A DNA stretch of 27,681 nucleotides from Candidatus Heimdallarchaeota archaeon (GCA_020351745.1 CP070665.1:1180129-1207809), one strand, 5' to 3'. Positions 8,859-17,667 are shown, numbered from the stretch's first letter. The notes: generated by a model from the letters alone, not told the origin. Made by a program: numbers and translations.

Positions 8859-9111
8859 TTAATACCTCCATTCAGGTATAAAGCCACATAAACTAAGTAG
8901 GATTCAACTTCACCAAATTTGGGGAGTAGATCCTTTTCCTTAATTACTACAAGAGCTGAAATCGATCTTGAAATATCCATTATTGTGATAAGGATCAGAA
9001 GTACTTCATTTTTAATATCAATAAAACATTAATGTTTTCATGTATTGAAATCAAGATGTGAGGGGAGAGAATTAATAAGGATGGGAGCATAACTCAATGA
9101 ACATAAATCAG

Positions 9112-9117
9112 AAAAAA
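9112..9117 (-). terminator. T6 run downstream of the 5S unit
   Basis: The minus strand reads ...GGCGCCAUAUCUAC-UUUUUU-CUG directly after the 3' arm of the processing helix, consistent with archaeal oligo-T termination. Confidence 0.5.
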
Positions 9118-9126
9118 GTAGATATG

Positions 9127-9301
9127 GCGCCTAATGATAAGGAGGCTCTGTTTCCGGGTTCGGAATGAGACCGGGTGTAACTCAGGCCCTTTGACCGAGC
9201 AATACTCAGCTTTTCGATGTTCCCGTTGGCTCGCGCACAACAGTACAGATCGAAACGGAACCTAACTTAACTTCCGGCAGAGTCTCGCAGGTTATTGGCG
9301 C
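9127..9301 (-). promoter_or_regulatory. flanking processing helix with relaxed bulge-helix-bulge motif enclosing the permuted 5S
   Basis: The 5' flank (9301-9278, GCGCCAAUAACCUGCGAGACUCUG) pairs with the 3' flank (9150-9127, CAGAGCCUCCUUAUCAUUAGGCGC). The paired blocks are GCGCC/GGCGC, AAU/AUU, GAG/CUC and CUCUG/CAGAG. Next come a 3-nt AAA bulge (9153-9151), a 4-bp CCGG/CCGG helix (9277-9274 with 9157-9154), an AA(G) bulge (9273-9271) and GUU/AAC. Confidence 0.6.
9152..9271 (-). rRNA. 5S rRNA, circularly permuted gene order (3' half encoded before 5' half)
   Basis: Read on the minus strand, 9271-9211 gives GUUAAG-UUAGGUUCC-GUUUCGAUCUGUACUGUUGUGCGCGAGCCAACGGGAACAUCGAAA, which covers the helix II 3' strand, helix V, loop E, helix IV and a GCGA tetraloop. 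Next comes GCUGAG-UAUUG-CUCGGU (9210-9194), where helix I is closed as a hairpin. Then 9193-9152 gives CAAAG-GGGCCUGA-GUUACACCCGGUCUCAUUCCGAACCCGGAA, covering loop A, the helix II 5' strand and helix III/loop C. Hand-pairing supports helices I, II, IV and V. The blocks ACACCCGGUCUCAUUCCGAACCCGGAA and GUACUG..GUGCGCGAGCC..GGGAA match archaeal 5S sequences recalled from memory. The total length is 120 nt. Confidence 0.8.
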
Positions 9302-9351
9302 ACTACAGTTGTAGTCGCGGCTACAAACCGAAAGGAGCGCATTCAAGAGCC

Positions 9352-9360
9352 TTTAAATAT
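9352..9360 (-). promoter_or_regulatory. TATA-like box upstream of the 5S transcription unit
   Basis: The minus strand reads ATATTTAAA. This is about 50 nt upstream of the processing helix and predicts a start site near 9330-9340. No experimental support. Confidence 0.4.
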
Positions 9361-9385
9361 TCACCGTTAACCAGAGATTCTTAGA

Positions 9386-10198
9386 ATGAATTGGTCAGAG
9401 TGGAAGAAAAACTACTATCAGATAATTGGGCAGTTAGGTTTCGATATTGAGGCTGATGAACAATCAGCAGAACTATTAGAAACATATCTAGTCAAATTAA
9501 ATCCTGCTAAAAAATATCAAGTCCTCCAAAAATTAAAAACAATACTTCAAAAGCCAGTGATTATTGCAGGAGCTGGCCCCTCATTAAAAAGAGACTTTTC
9601 AGCTATCTTTTCAGGTCTTTATTCAAGCATGGTTATATCAGACTTTCATACGATCGCTGTTGATGGTGCAACAACATTATTCAATCAAAAAAATGTTATT
9701 CCATCTATAGTGGTCACCGATCTTGATGGTGATTTAACTGCCATCAGTTGGGCCATTGAAAAAGGCGCTTTGACATTAATTCATGCCCATGGTGATAATC
9801 AACAACGGATTTCTTGGTTTCTTAATGAATATCAAGAAGTCATTGCTAGAAACAATGTATGGGGAACTACTCAGTGTGAACCAGGACAAGTCCTTTTCAA
9901 TTTTGGGGGGTTTACTGACGGTGATCGTGCGATTTTTATGGCATTTCATTTTCAATCCCCTCTAATCGGATTAATTGGTTTTGATTTTGGTACCCAAATC
10001 GGTGAATATAGCACACTAAACTCCCCCATTAAGAAAACACAAGTAAAAAAACTCAAAAAATTCCGAATTGCCTTAAACTTAATAGCTACTTTTCATTCCC
10101 AACATAAGGGACTTCGTTACAATTTAACTTACCAAGGACAGCAAATTTCAGGATTTCCAAAAGCTACTATAACTAGCTTTCTAAGGAATTGGTTCTAA
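9386..10198 (+). CDS. mptE: 6-hydroxymethyl-7,8-dihydropterin diphosphokinase, MptE-like (DUF115)
   Basis: Motifs match the archaeal MptE/DUF115 pattern as I recall it: W..Y..I...GFD...D at the N-terminus, IIAGAGPSL, VDGAT, VVTDLDGD, HAHGDN, FGGFTDGDRA and GFDFG. Its 3' end overlaps the convergent PTPS-like gene by 26 nt. Confidence 0.75.
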   Translation: MNWSEWKKNYYQIIGQLGFDIEADEQSAELLETYLVKLNPAKKYQVLQKLKTILQKPVIIAGAGPSLKRDFSAIFSGLYSSMVISDFHTIAVDGATTLFNQKNVIPSIVVTDLDGDLTAISWAIEKGALTLIHAHGDNQQRISWFLNEYQEVIARNNVWGTTQCEPGQVLFNFGGFTDGDRAIFMAFHFQSPLIGLIGFDFGTQIGEYSTLNSPIKKTQVKKLKKFRIALNLIATFHSQHKGLRYNLTYQGQQISGFPKATITSFLRNWF

Positions 10199-10697
10199 TA
10201 GTATAATCAGCGCGATAATAGGATTTTTCCCAAATTGTAACCTTAAGAGCTTGGATCCTTTCCCAAAAAGTTTCCTTTTTCAAGTAAATTTGAATTTTCT
10301 CCCCTAATAATCTTGCTAATGTTTCTGCAGTGACATTAGTGCAATCTAAGAGTTTTATTTCTGCTTTAGGAATGGAATATAATCGTTTCCCATAAACAAT
10401 TTCCAGGTTATCCTTGTTTTCATGGATTTTCATATTTTTGTTCTTTGAAGGAAGCAACACAAAATGATCCCACTCTGTGAGGACTTCTGAAAGCATATTT
10501 TCAAGAAAGACAAAGTCAACAATCATGTCATGAATGTCCATGCTTCCTTCGACCTCTATTCCAACTAGATAGTTATGACCATGAAGGCCTTCTTCGTAAT
10601 GATCGGAAACTAAAATGTGTGCAGCACTAAAATGTGCAGAGATTCTATCGATAGCAACGGAACTTGAGATGTGTTTCTGGTTCAATACATAAATCAA
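10173..10697 (-). CDS. 6-pyruvoyl-tetrahydropterin synthase family protein (PTPS/QueD fold, Glu in place of the catalytic Cys)
   Basis: FSAAH...EEGLHGHNY supplies the three Zn-binding His of COG0720 enzymes. The position 4 residues before HGH, which is Cys in QueD and PTPS-II, is Glu here. The start lies 6 nt after the trxB stop on the same strand. Confidence 0.75.
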   Translation of the reverse strand: MIYVLNQKHISSSVAIDRISAHFSAAHILVSDHYEEGLHGHNYLVGIEVEGSMDIHDMIVDFVFLENMLSEVLTEWDHFVLLPSKNKNMKIHENKDNLEIVYGKRLYSIPKAEIKLLDCTNVTAETLARLLGEKIQIYLKKETFWERIQALKVTIWEKSYYRADYTIRTNSLES

Positions 10698-10703
10698 CCG
10701 TTA

Positions 10704-11666
10704 CTAAGCTTCTTCGCCATACCAGTCCCCACCCCTCATATCTAGGAAGGCAGAGATTGCAGCAGTTGTACCCTCACCAACAGCAACCGAGATTTGCCCT
10801 TGTCCTGGAGTAATGTCGCCACAGGCATAGATCCGGGGAATGTTCGTACGTTGCTTTTCATCAACTTTGATTAATCCCTCATCTGTCAAATTAATGCCAA
10901 TTTTCTTTGCTAATTCGTTATTGGGGAGAATTCCAATAGAAATAAAAACTGCCTTTACTCGAAGATCGCTTTCTTCTCCTGTCTTTACGTTTTTTAAAGA
11001 GATTTTTTTAACTCCACCTGCTTCGCTTCCGTGTATTTCTGTAACGATAGAGTCCCAAATCATATTAACCTTTGAATTATCAAGGATTTCCCTTTGAAGT
11101 GATTCCTCTGCACGTAATCGGTCACGACGATGAATCATATAGACCTCACGAACAACATTATCGAGATAAAGAGCTTCTGTGACAGCAGAGTTTCCACCTC
11201 CCACTACTGCTACTTTTCTAGCTTTGTATAGAGGGCCATCACATGTCGCACAATAAGATACCCCTTTAGCTTCAAATTCCTTTTCACCTGGAATATTTAA
11301 ATGACGATGAGAGGTACCAGTTGCTATAACGATAGCTTTTGCTTTAAAATTACCCGTAGTTGTCGTAACCACTAGTGGAACTTGATCAGTTCTGATATCT
11401 GTTACCTCCACTAATTCTCGAACCTCTGCTCCAAATTTTTCTGCCTGTTTTCGCAATTTCTCTGCGAACTCAAGACCAGAAATTTCAGAAAAACCAGGAT
11501 AATTCTCTATAATTGGAGTGACTGCTGCCAAGCCTCCTACTGCCTCTTTTTCAAGTACTATTGTTTTCCAACCCATACGTGAACCATAAATAGCAGCAGC
11601 CATTCCTGCTGGCCCAGCACCAACTATAATCATATCATACTCGTTGTTATCAGGGGTACTTTCCAT
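10704..11666 (-). CDS. trxB: thioredoxin-disulfide reductase
   Basis: It has the FAD motif [14 protein letters not shown], the redox-active CATCDG, the NADPH motif [15 protein letters not shown] with HRRDRLRA, and the C-terminal ACGDI. The 320-aa length is typical of low-Mr TrxR. Confidence 0.9.
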   Translation of the reverse strand: MESTPDNNEYDMIIVGAGPAGMAAAIYGSRMGWKTIVLEKEAVGGLAAVTPIIENYPGFSEISGLEFAEKLRKQAEKFGAEVRELVEVTDIRTDQVPLVVTTTTGNFKAKAIVIATGTSHRHLNIPGEKEFEAKGVSYCATCDGPLYKARKVAVVGGGNSAVTEALYLDNVVREVYMIHRRDRLRAEESLQREILDNSKVNMIWDSIVTEIHGSEAGGVKKISLKNVKTGEESDLRVKAVFISIGILPNNELAKKIGINLTDEGLIKVDEKQRTNIPRIYACGDITPGQGQISVAVGEGTTAAISAFLDMRGGDWYGEEA

Positions 11667-11984
11667 GATGGCTTACTCTCCACCTAAAAATAAATTAGGT
11701 GATTTTATGATTATGATGTAAAGATCTTAATATTAACTTTTTGTGATAATTGAAGGTAACAAATCTAAGGTGAATAATTATATTTGGATACAAAAAAATG
11801 AGGTTGATTCAAAAAGAAGGTTCCTTCAAGCTTTTTGTCTTAAAGATTGAATGTGTTTTTAAGGTAAAGCTCCAGATTTTACATGTAGAAGTAATAGTAA
11901 TTTATCAAGCAAAAGAGTATAATATTTTGAACACTTATTGGATCACAGATTATTCATTTAAATTAAGAACGGTTGCCACAAACA

Positions 11985-14630
11985 ATGGAATTGATAAAGT
12001 CTTCAACATCTGAGATTTCTTTCTATATTGACACAACAAAGGTATCGATTTATGAACAGGATTTCATTTTGATTACAGATTCTAAAAAAACTCCTCAGCA
12101 ACAATATCTAGCTCAAATTACACACTTAATTCAAACTAAAGGAGAGGAAATAAAAGGTACAGCCATTATTCTTGGAGAAATCGACTCTGAGAATTTCTCA
12201 CTTTCACCCTGCAAGTTTCCAATTTCTTCACAAGCACAAATCCAACACCCACCTAAAGGACTAGTTTCAAAGATTATCTCCTATCGTGGTGACCAAGGAA
12301 TTTATTTAGGGGATGTTGTTACTTTTGACAAAAATACAGACCCTTTTCTTATATCACCAAAATTTTTGGAACGGCATGTACTCTGTGTTGCCAGTACTGG
12401 TGCAGGAAAATCGTACAGTGTTGGTGTTTTATTAGAAGAAATTATTATGAAGTTTAATACTGCTGCTGTCTTATTATTCGATATCCACAACGAATATTGG
12501 GGATTAGCTCAACCAAATGATGGGATAGAGATTGAGCAACTAGATTATGAGGACTATTCCCCTCGGGGATTTCAGGATAACATTCTCCTTTTTGAAAAAG
12601 ACAGTTTAGGCTTAGGAGAGCGCTTTGATTTACCACGACTGCGTAGATTGACCGAATTAACAGCTGCACAAGAGAATTCTTTATCGAATATTATCACAGA
12701 ACCAATTTTATTGGAAGAGCTTATCTCATTGATTCAAGATTCTGATATCCATAGTTCTACACGAGAAACTCTAATTTCAAAGATTTATTCCTTAAAAAAC
12801 CTGAATCTTTTTGAAAAAGAGCTGGATTTGGAGAACCTTATCCGTCCAGGACAGATCTCGATTGTTCGTCTAGATAAATTTGTTGATGATCGAAAATGTA
12901 ATCTCTTAGTAAATGAAATCCTTACTCAGGTATTTGAGAAGAAGATCCAAGGTGATTTAGTACGCGAAAATGAAATTGTGCTTGTTATTGAAGAAGCGCA
13001 TCGTTTCGCCACTACAAATGAGATTCTTACAAAAATTTCTCGGGAAGGACGAAAATTTGGTATTTATGAAATTCTCATCTCACAACGACCAGCTGATTTC
13101 CCAGATAACATTATTGCAAATATGAATACATTAATTGCGCTAAGAATAAGATCTGATAAGGATATGAATAAAATTCGATTGATGGAAGGAATAAGTACTG
13201 AAATTGTGTCAAGGCTGCCTCATCTTATTAGGGGAGAAGCTCTAATTGTAGGATTACAAAGAGGGAGCCAAAGTCCTATTAAAATTCGTGTACGTCCCAG
13301 GTTAACAAAACATATAGATCCACAGGAAGATAAAATGCCTGAAACGATCCCCCGTTATGAAGGAATGACAAAAATAATTCAGTTAAAAGCTGTTTCTGAT
13401 CTTCCTACTGATGAGTTCAGTACAACAACATTAGATTCATCTGAGATTGAACTAGATGAAAGTAAACCACTAACGAGGGAGATTGAAGCGTTTAGTTATA
13501 AAGATCTAACGAATTTACTTGCGTGTAAACACATTCTAATTCTTCATAAAAGAACAGGAATTTGTATATTTGATCTTGGAATTACTATGTTGAAAATAGA
13601 TCCTCAACTAGTTTCAGGATTTCTAAGTGCAATTTCAGGGCTCTTTAGTGAACTTAAGGAAGATCTTGTTAAAGAGAGGACAATTTTGCGAATATTCACT
13701 GAAGAAATTGGAGATCGTGCTTTTAAAATTGTCACAGTAGAGGGAACCAACTCTGTTGCTGCTGTCATCCTAGATCGAACTCCAAAGTACTTAAACATCC
13801 TAAAACGACGAATTAGAAATTTTTCATATGATTTTGAAACAGAATTTGGAACCATTCTTGAAGAATTCGTTGGTGTTATGGACGATTTTGCTCCAACAAT
13901 AGAAATACTTGATCAGCATCTAGGTTTATCCTTAATAACTCCACTCCAAATCAATCGATCTTATAAAGGAGAGATCTCTCATCCCGAACTATTTGAGATT
14001 ATTCGGAAACAAGTAGACCAACTTGCAATAACTGAAGGATTATTCGCTCAAGAGATCGTTAATCAATGTCTTTTGGATTCAGATTTCAATTTCCGAGAAA
14101 TTACAGAAGTAATTATTTCATATCTTCAAGAAAAGGTTCTTGTACTTTTAGATCAAAACCGAACATTACCAAGGTTCGTCTCTACCCTTCCACCAGCAGA
14201 TCTGCAACAACCAAAGCTTGAAGAAACTCTATCTGAAGAACCAACTCTTCCTGAAGTATCAGAATATGTTTCAGATGAACCAATAGAAATCGGAGAAGTA
14301 GACATCAACTGGTTTACCACGCTCATCCCTGAAATACAAACAAATTCTCTTCCAGAATCGCTTATATCTGATATATTAGAACGAGACTTAATATTTGAAT
14401 CAGAATTCAGAATTAAAGCTACTTCAATTCATGCAATAACTTATTCCGAATCAGATTTATTACGTTGGGCTACTTTAATGTCTCAAAAAGGATTTGAAAT
14501 CTATTTAAAAGCCACAAATCCTTTGAATGGTGTAAAAATTACCCTGAAGACAGATCTTACTACAATCATTTGCTCAATTGCCCAATTAAATACTGGGGAT
14601 TATTGTTTTATCATTGGAGAGGTTGAATAA
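11985..14630 (+). CDS. HerA/FtsK-like (DUF87) ATPase fused to a ~430-aa C-terminal extension containing a longin/roadblock-like domain
   Basis: The N-terminus is HAS-barrel-like (YEQDFILITD...GTAIILGEID). Walker A is VASTGAGKSYS, Walker B is VLVIEEAHRF, and ISQRP is present. The extension holds HILILHKRTGICIFDL...DPQLVSGFLSAISGLFSEL...AAVILDR...FSYDFETEF. The start is taken at ATG 11985; a TTG at 11973 is also in frame. No NurA, Mre11 or Rad50 gene is nearby. Confidence 0.75.
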   Translation: MELIKSSTSEISFYIDTTKVSIYEQDFILITDSKKTPQQQYLAQITHLIQTKGEEIKGTAIILGEIDSENFSLSPCKFPISSQAQIQHPPKGLVSKIISYRGDQGIYLGDVVTFDKNTDPFLISPKFLERHVLCVASTGAGKSYSVGVLLEEIIMKFNTAAVLLFDIHNEYWGLAQPNDGIEIEQLDYEDYSPRGFQDNILLFEKDSLGLGERFDLPRLRRLTELTAAQENSLSNIITEPILLEELISLIQDSDIHSSTRETLISKIYSLKNLNLFEKELDLENLIRPGQISIVRLDKFVDDRKCNLLVNEILTQVFEKKIQGDLVRENEIVLVIEEAHRFATTNEILTKISREGRKFGIYEILISQRPADFPDNIIANMNTLIALRIRSDKDMNKIRLMEGISTEIVSRLPHLIRGEALIVGLQRGSQSPIKIRVRPRLTKHIDPQEDKMPETIPRYEGMTKIIQLKAVSDLPTDEFSTTTLDSSEIELDESKPLTREIEAFSYKDLTNLLACKHILILHKRTGICIFDLGITMLKIDPQLVSGFLSAISGLFSELKEDLVKERTILRIFTEEIGDRAFKIVTVEGTNSVAAVILDRTPKYLNILKRRIRNFSYDFETEFGTILEEFVGVMDDFAPTIEILDQHLGLSLITPLQINRSYKGEISHPELFEIIRKQVDQLAITEGLFAQEIVNQCLLDSDFNFREITEVIISYLQEKVLVLLDQNRTLPRFVSTLPPADLQQPKLEETLSEEPTLPEVSEYVSDEPIEIGEVDINWFTTLIPEIQTNSLPESLISDILERDLIFESEFRIKATSIHAITYSESDLLRWATLMSQKGFEIYLKATNPLNGVKITLKTDLTTIICSIAQLNTGDYCFIIGEVE

Positions 14631-14712
14631 TGCTTTAGAAGTATTTTAGGTAGTAAATTGAATATATACAATCAATGGGCTGAATTTTGTGCATAGCAAT
14701 TAATAAAGTTCT

Positions 14713-17361
14713 CTATCCAGGAGAGAAAACATCGTCTATAGTTTCTATATCGCCTTTAAAAATTTCAAGATCTCCTAACCATGTTGGAAGAGTCTTAGCA
14801 TATTTTTCCTCAAAATTTGTTAGAAACTCGTTAAGCTTTTTACGCAATTCAGAGGATGTACTATCCGCAAAAATAGCGGCAAAAACCCACTTTGCATATT
14901 CAATAGTTAGAACCACGTCACCGTGATCTATAGTTTTTAATAGCTGTTCACTTCGTACCGCTTCTTTTGCAAAAGAAGTAATAGCAGAGAATAGACCGGC
15001 TACTAGTGCTGGTTCGACTAGTGACTCCGCTGCAAAAGTGTGTGATAGAACAGCACGTCCATCAAGCATCATAATATGGAGTGAGTCAATCGTTACTTCT
15101 TCAAAAGAGTATGAAAATTCTCTATGCAATATTGTAAGTATTTGATTGAATGGAACTTCAATATCAAAAGTTAATTCGTCTAGAATTCGATGAATCTCAG
15201 CTGGTGTCAATCCACTTTTTGTTGGTAATTCATCAAAATGCTCTATTTTTCCAGTAATCGCCTCCCGGAGTTGCTGACCATTCTCGATTGATAACCAGGC
15301 TTCATCCATCCTCTGTTTTAATTCAGGATCATCAATATACGTTGCTCCAACCAGAATCATATCCGATTTGCTTGTCAATTCGCCTAAACTAGGGAGTCTT
15401 CCCATATCAGAAAAAATCGACTTGTGCTGGATTTTTTCTTCTCCCTCTTTACCACTTTTCTCTGTTCTGACATGAAATTTCCGCTTAACTAAAAACAAAA
15501 TAGCGCCATAGGTCATTATTATCGCAAAAGGATGCAAAAGATTATAGGGAATGGATAGAAGCCCGAGGAAGGTTCCTCCCTGACCTTTCCAGATCACAGA
15601 AATCTGACGTAATTCTGGGATAATAAACAGTACATCATTAAAGGCACCTTCTTTCCAGCTTGTTGTATACCATTTCAACCTTTCCTCTCCCCCAGCAAGA
15701 CCAGCTGTGAGAGTGTTAAATGGAGGTATTAAAGGAAAACCGCCAAGAACAAAAATCGCATTTCTTAAGCCTAAGAATTGATATAGGCCATTATAATACA
15801 CGCCATCATAATACAAGACTGCATCATACCACAAGAATATCAAAAAACTAACAGAAACTATTGATAAATATGTAACTAATGTAGTTACAAATACACTCCA
15901 ATTCCATCTTCTAATAAATAAAATAAATGCAGCACACAAGAAAAAGCTAGCATAATTCAAAGTAAACCAGAAGAATGTCTCATATTGAACAGTATCAATA
16001 TGTCGGGGATATAAACCTTTGAGAATATTGTAATAAACAAGAAAACCAACAGCTAGTAATAAACCAATAATTACCCCCATTGCGCCTGATTTTGCAATAT
16101 TAGCTATATTAACTCGTTTAAATGCCATTTTGAGATTTTTGAATGTTTCAATGAACTTGATGAACAAGTAAATTGAAAAAGGTTCGAAAATATCTAGAAA
16201 GAGCACAAAAAATACTGAAACCATTATGAAATATACCACGAAATAGGAAACCACAAAGATTTGATCGGTATACTCGAATAAGAAGAGAATAACAGCGAGA
16301 CCTGACGTAAATAAACCTACAGTTGATAAGCTCTGAACCATTGCAACGTAAAGCTGATTACCTAAGAATTTACCCTTTCTTGACAAGCGACTTGCTTTAA
16401 TAAGGTAAACACTAAATACAATTGAAGCAACATAAGCAAAAAAGATCTCCAGAAAGTGTCCCATGGCAGTTCCTTGCAATAAACTCGGGTTTTCAGTTTC
16501 CCCGAGCAAGCGTAAGATCGTCATAAGAAGAAATAGCGTGATAGGAAGGATTGCGATGAGTACTTTCAATAATTCCCTTTCATTCCCCCACTCCTTTTCT
16601 TTCACCCGTTTTGTTATTTCTTGAAAAGGTGAAACCTCCATTTCAAATTGAATCTCTTGTAATCGTTGAGTAACACTACGTATTTCTGTTAATTGTTGTT
16701 TTAAGTTAATAATGTCTTTTTCTAATGTGTTAATTTCACGGGTAATCTCCGAAATCTCATCTTCACTGGCAAACTTTTGTTTATTCTGAAGAATCTTAAT
16801 TTCCTCTACATTCTGCCTTAATAATCGCCTGAGTGGTTTTCTTTCATTTTGTCGCTCACCCCAAGTCTGGTACAATAATATTGCCATCGAAATGATAGGA
16901 GAAATGCCAAATACAAACGCTAAAATTATGATTGGATAATATAAGTAATTAACAATTGAATTGACAAAATGTTGGAACATATACTTAACCAATAAAGGTA
17001 ATCCTGGTAAACCAATTGATGTTAAAATGGAATTTATTGTTTCTTCGTCAACAGCAGCCGAATCCCAAGTGGTACTATAGGTTCCCTCCCATCCTTCTGT
17101 TCCTGAGACAGGATAATACTCCTGATCCATATATTGAGTAGGATTTGGTACAAAAGAGTTCAAGATACTGGGGAAGATGAAATATGCCAAATAAAAAACA
17201 ATAAAGCCAATAAAAGCGCGATTAAAAATGATCGCAAGAATATTTTCATCCTTTCGCCGTGTGTAGAGATAAGGTAAGAATAAAATTATTATGGGGGAAA
17301 AAGTGAGGAGTAAAGAGGTAAAAAGATTAATGGGGACCATTAATGAGTCTATCGATACCAT
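14713..17361 (-). CDS. large polytopic membrane protein with an internal coiled-coil loop and a C-terminal cytoplasmic longin/roadblock-like domain
   Basis: It has more than 12 hydrophobic helices. A charged coiled-coil insert is present (EEIKILQNKQKFASEDEISEITREINTLEKDIINLKQQLTEIRSVTQRLQEIQ). The soluble ~230-aa C-terminus ends in HIMMLDGRAVLSHTF...EPALVAGLFSAITSFAKEAV...AAIFADS...LNEFLTNFEEKY. No named family was recognised. Confidence 0.7.
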   Translation of the reverse strand: MVSIDSLMVPINLFTSLLLTFSPIIILFLPYLYTRRKDENILAIIFNRAFIGFIVFYLAYFIFPSILNSFVPNPTQYMDQEYYPVSGTEGWEGTYSTTWDSAAVDEETINSILTSIGLPGLPLLVKYMFQHFVNSIVNYLYYPIIILAFVFGISPIISMAILLYQTWGERQNERKPLRRLLRQNVEEIKILQNKQKFASEDEISEITREINTLEKDIINLKQQLTEIRSVTQRLQEIQFEMEVSPFQEITKRVKEKEWGNERELLKVLIAILPITLFLLMTILRLLGETENPSLLQGTAMGHFLEIFFAYVASIVFSVYLIKASRLSRKGKFLGNQLYVAMVQSLSTVGLFTSGLAVILFLFEYTDQIFVVSYFVVYFIMVSVFFVLFLDIFEPFSIYLFIKFIETFKNLKMAFKRVNIANIAKSGAMGVIIGLLLAVGFLVYYNILKGLYPRHIDTVQYETFFWFTLNYASFFLCAAFILFIRRWNWSVFVTTLVTYLSIVSVSFLIFLWYDAVLYYDGVYYNGLYQFLGLRNAIFVLGGFPLIPPFNTLTAGLAGGEERLKWYTTSWKEGAFNDVLFIIPELRQISVIWKGQGGTFLGLLSIPYNLLHPFAIIMTYGAILFLVKRKFHVRTEKSGKEGEEKIQHKSIFSDMGRLPSLGELTSKSDMILVGATYIDDPELKQRMDEAWLSIENGQQLREAITGKIEHFDELPTKSGLTPAEIHRILDELTFDIEVPFNQILTILHREFSYSFEEVTIDSLHIMMLDGRAVLSHTFAAESLVEPALVAGLFSAITSFAKEAVRSEQLLKTIDHGDVVLTIEYAKWVFAAIFADSTSSELRKKLNEFLTNFEEKYAKTLPTWLGDLEIFKGDIETIDDVFSPG

Positions 17362-17667
17362 TATTTTTCATCCTACATTAAATGATTTTGATTACAAAGA
17401 TCCTTGATCGGAAATGAAATATATTCCTTCCTTTTTATATTTTGCATTAAAAATTATACTTACAATTTTTTTTATGAAGATTGTCATCTTGATTTAAAAA
17501 ACTATTCTAACCTAGTTAAAATGTTCACAGCATATTATTTACCAAGTTTGTAGCCTAGCCTTAATGTGGAATCAATTTTTATCTTTAAGACAACTAAAAA
17601 AAGAAACGTACAATAGATTAAGGTTAATATCAATAAAATTATAAAAAAAAGAGAGAGAAAAAGAAGA

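Noticed and set aside
9023-9038. Perfect palindromes in AT-rich spacers: AAAACATTAATGTTTT (9023-9038), TTTGAAATTTCAAA (23650-23663) and CACCTAA-n7-TTAGGTG (11681-11701, centred 25 nt upstream of the trxB ATG and overlapping its AGGTG).
   Set aside because: At this base composition, about one or more perfect 14-16-bp palindromes per 27 kb is expected by chance. Without conservation data they cannot be told apart from background. The trxB one is the most plausible operator or TATA-flanking site, but it is unsupported.
9120-9350. Plus-strand SRP (7S) RNA: a GC-rich structured island with UGUAAC, GGAA-type loops and 5'/3' end pairing.
   Set aside because: The region is too short for an archaeal SRP RNA (about 300 nt) and lacks the domain IV motifs. 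The minus strand carries long near-exact 5S rRNA blocks, and every 5S helix can be paired by hand. The UGUAAC is simply the complement of the 5S GUUACA.
11798-12013. A 71-aa ORF in the trxB/HerA spacer, and a 62-aa ORF at 22908-23096.
   Set aside because: Both sit in AT-rich divergent promoter regions, overlap the starts of confident genes, and have no ribosome-binding site or recognisable motif.
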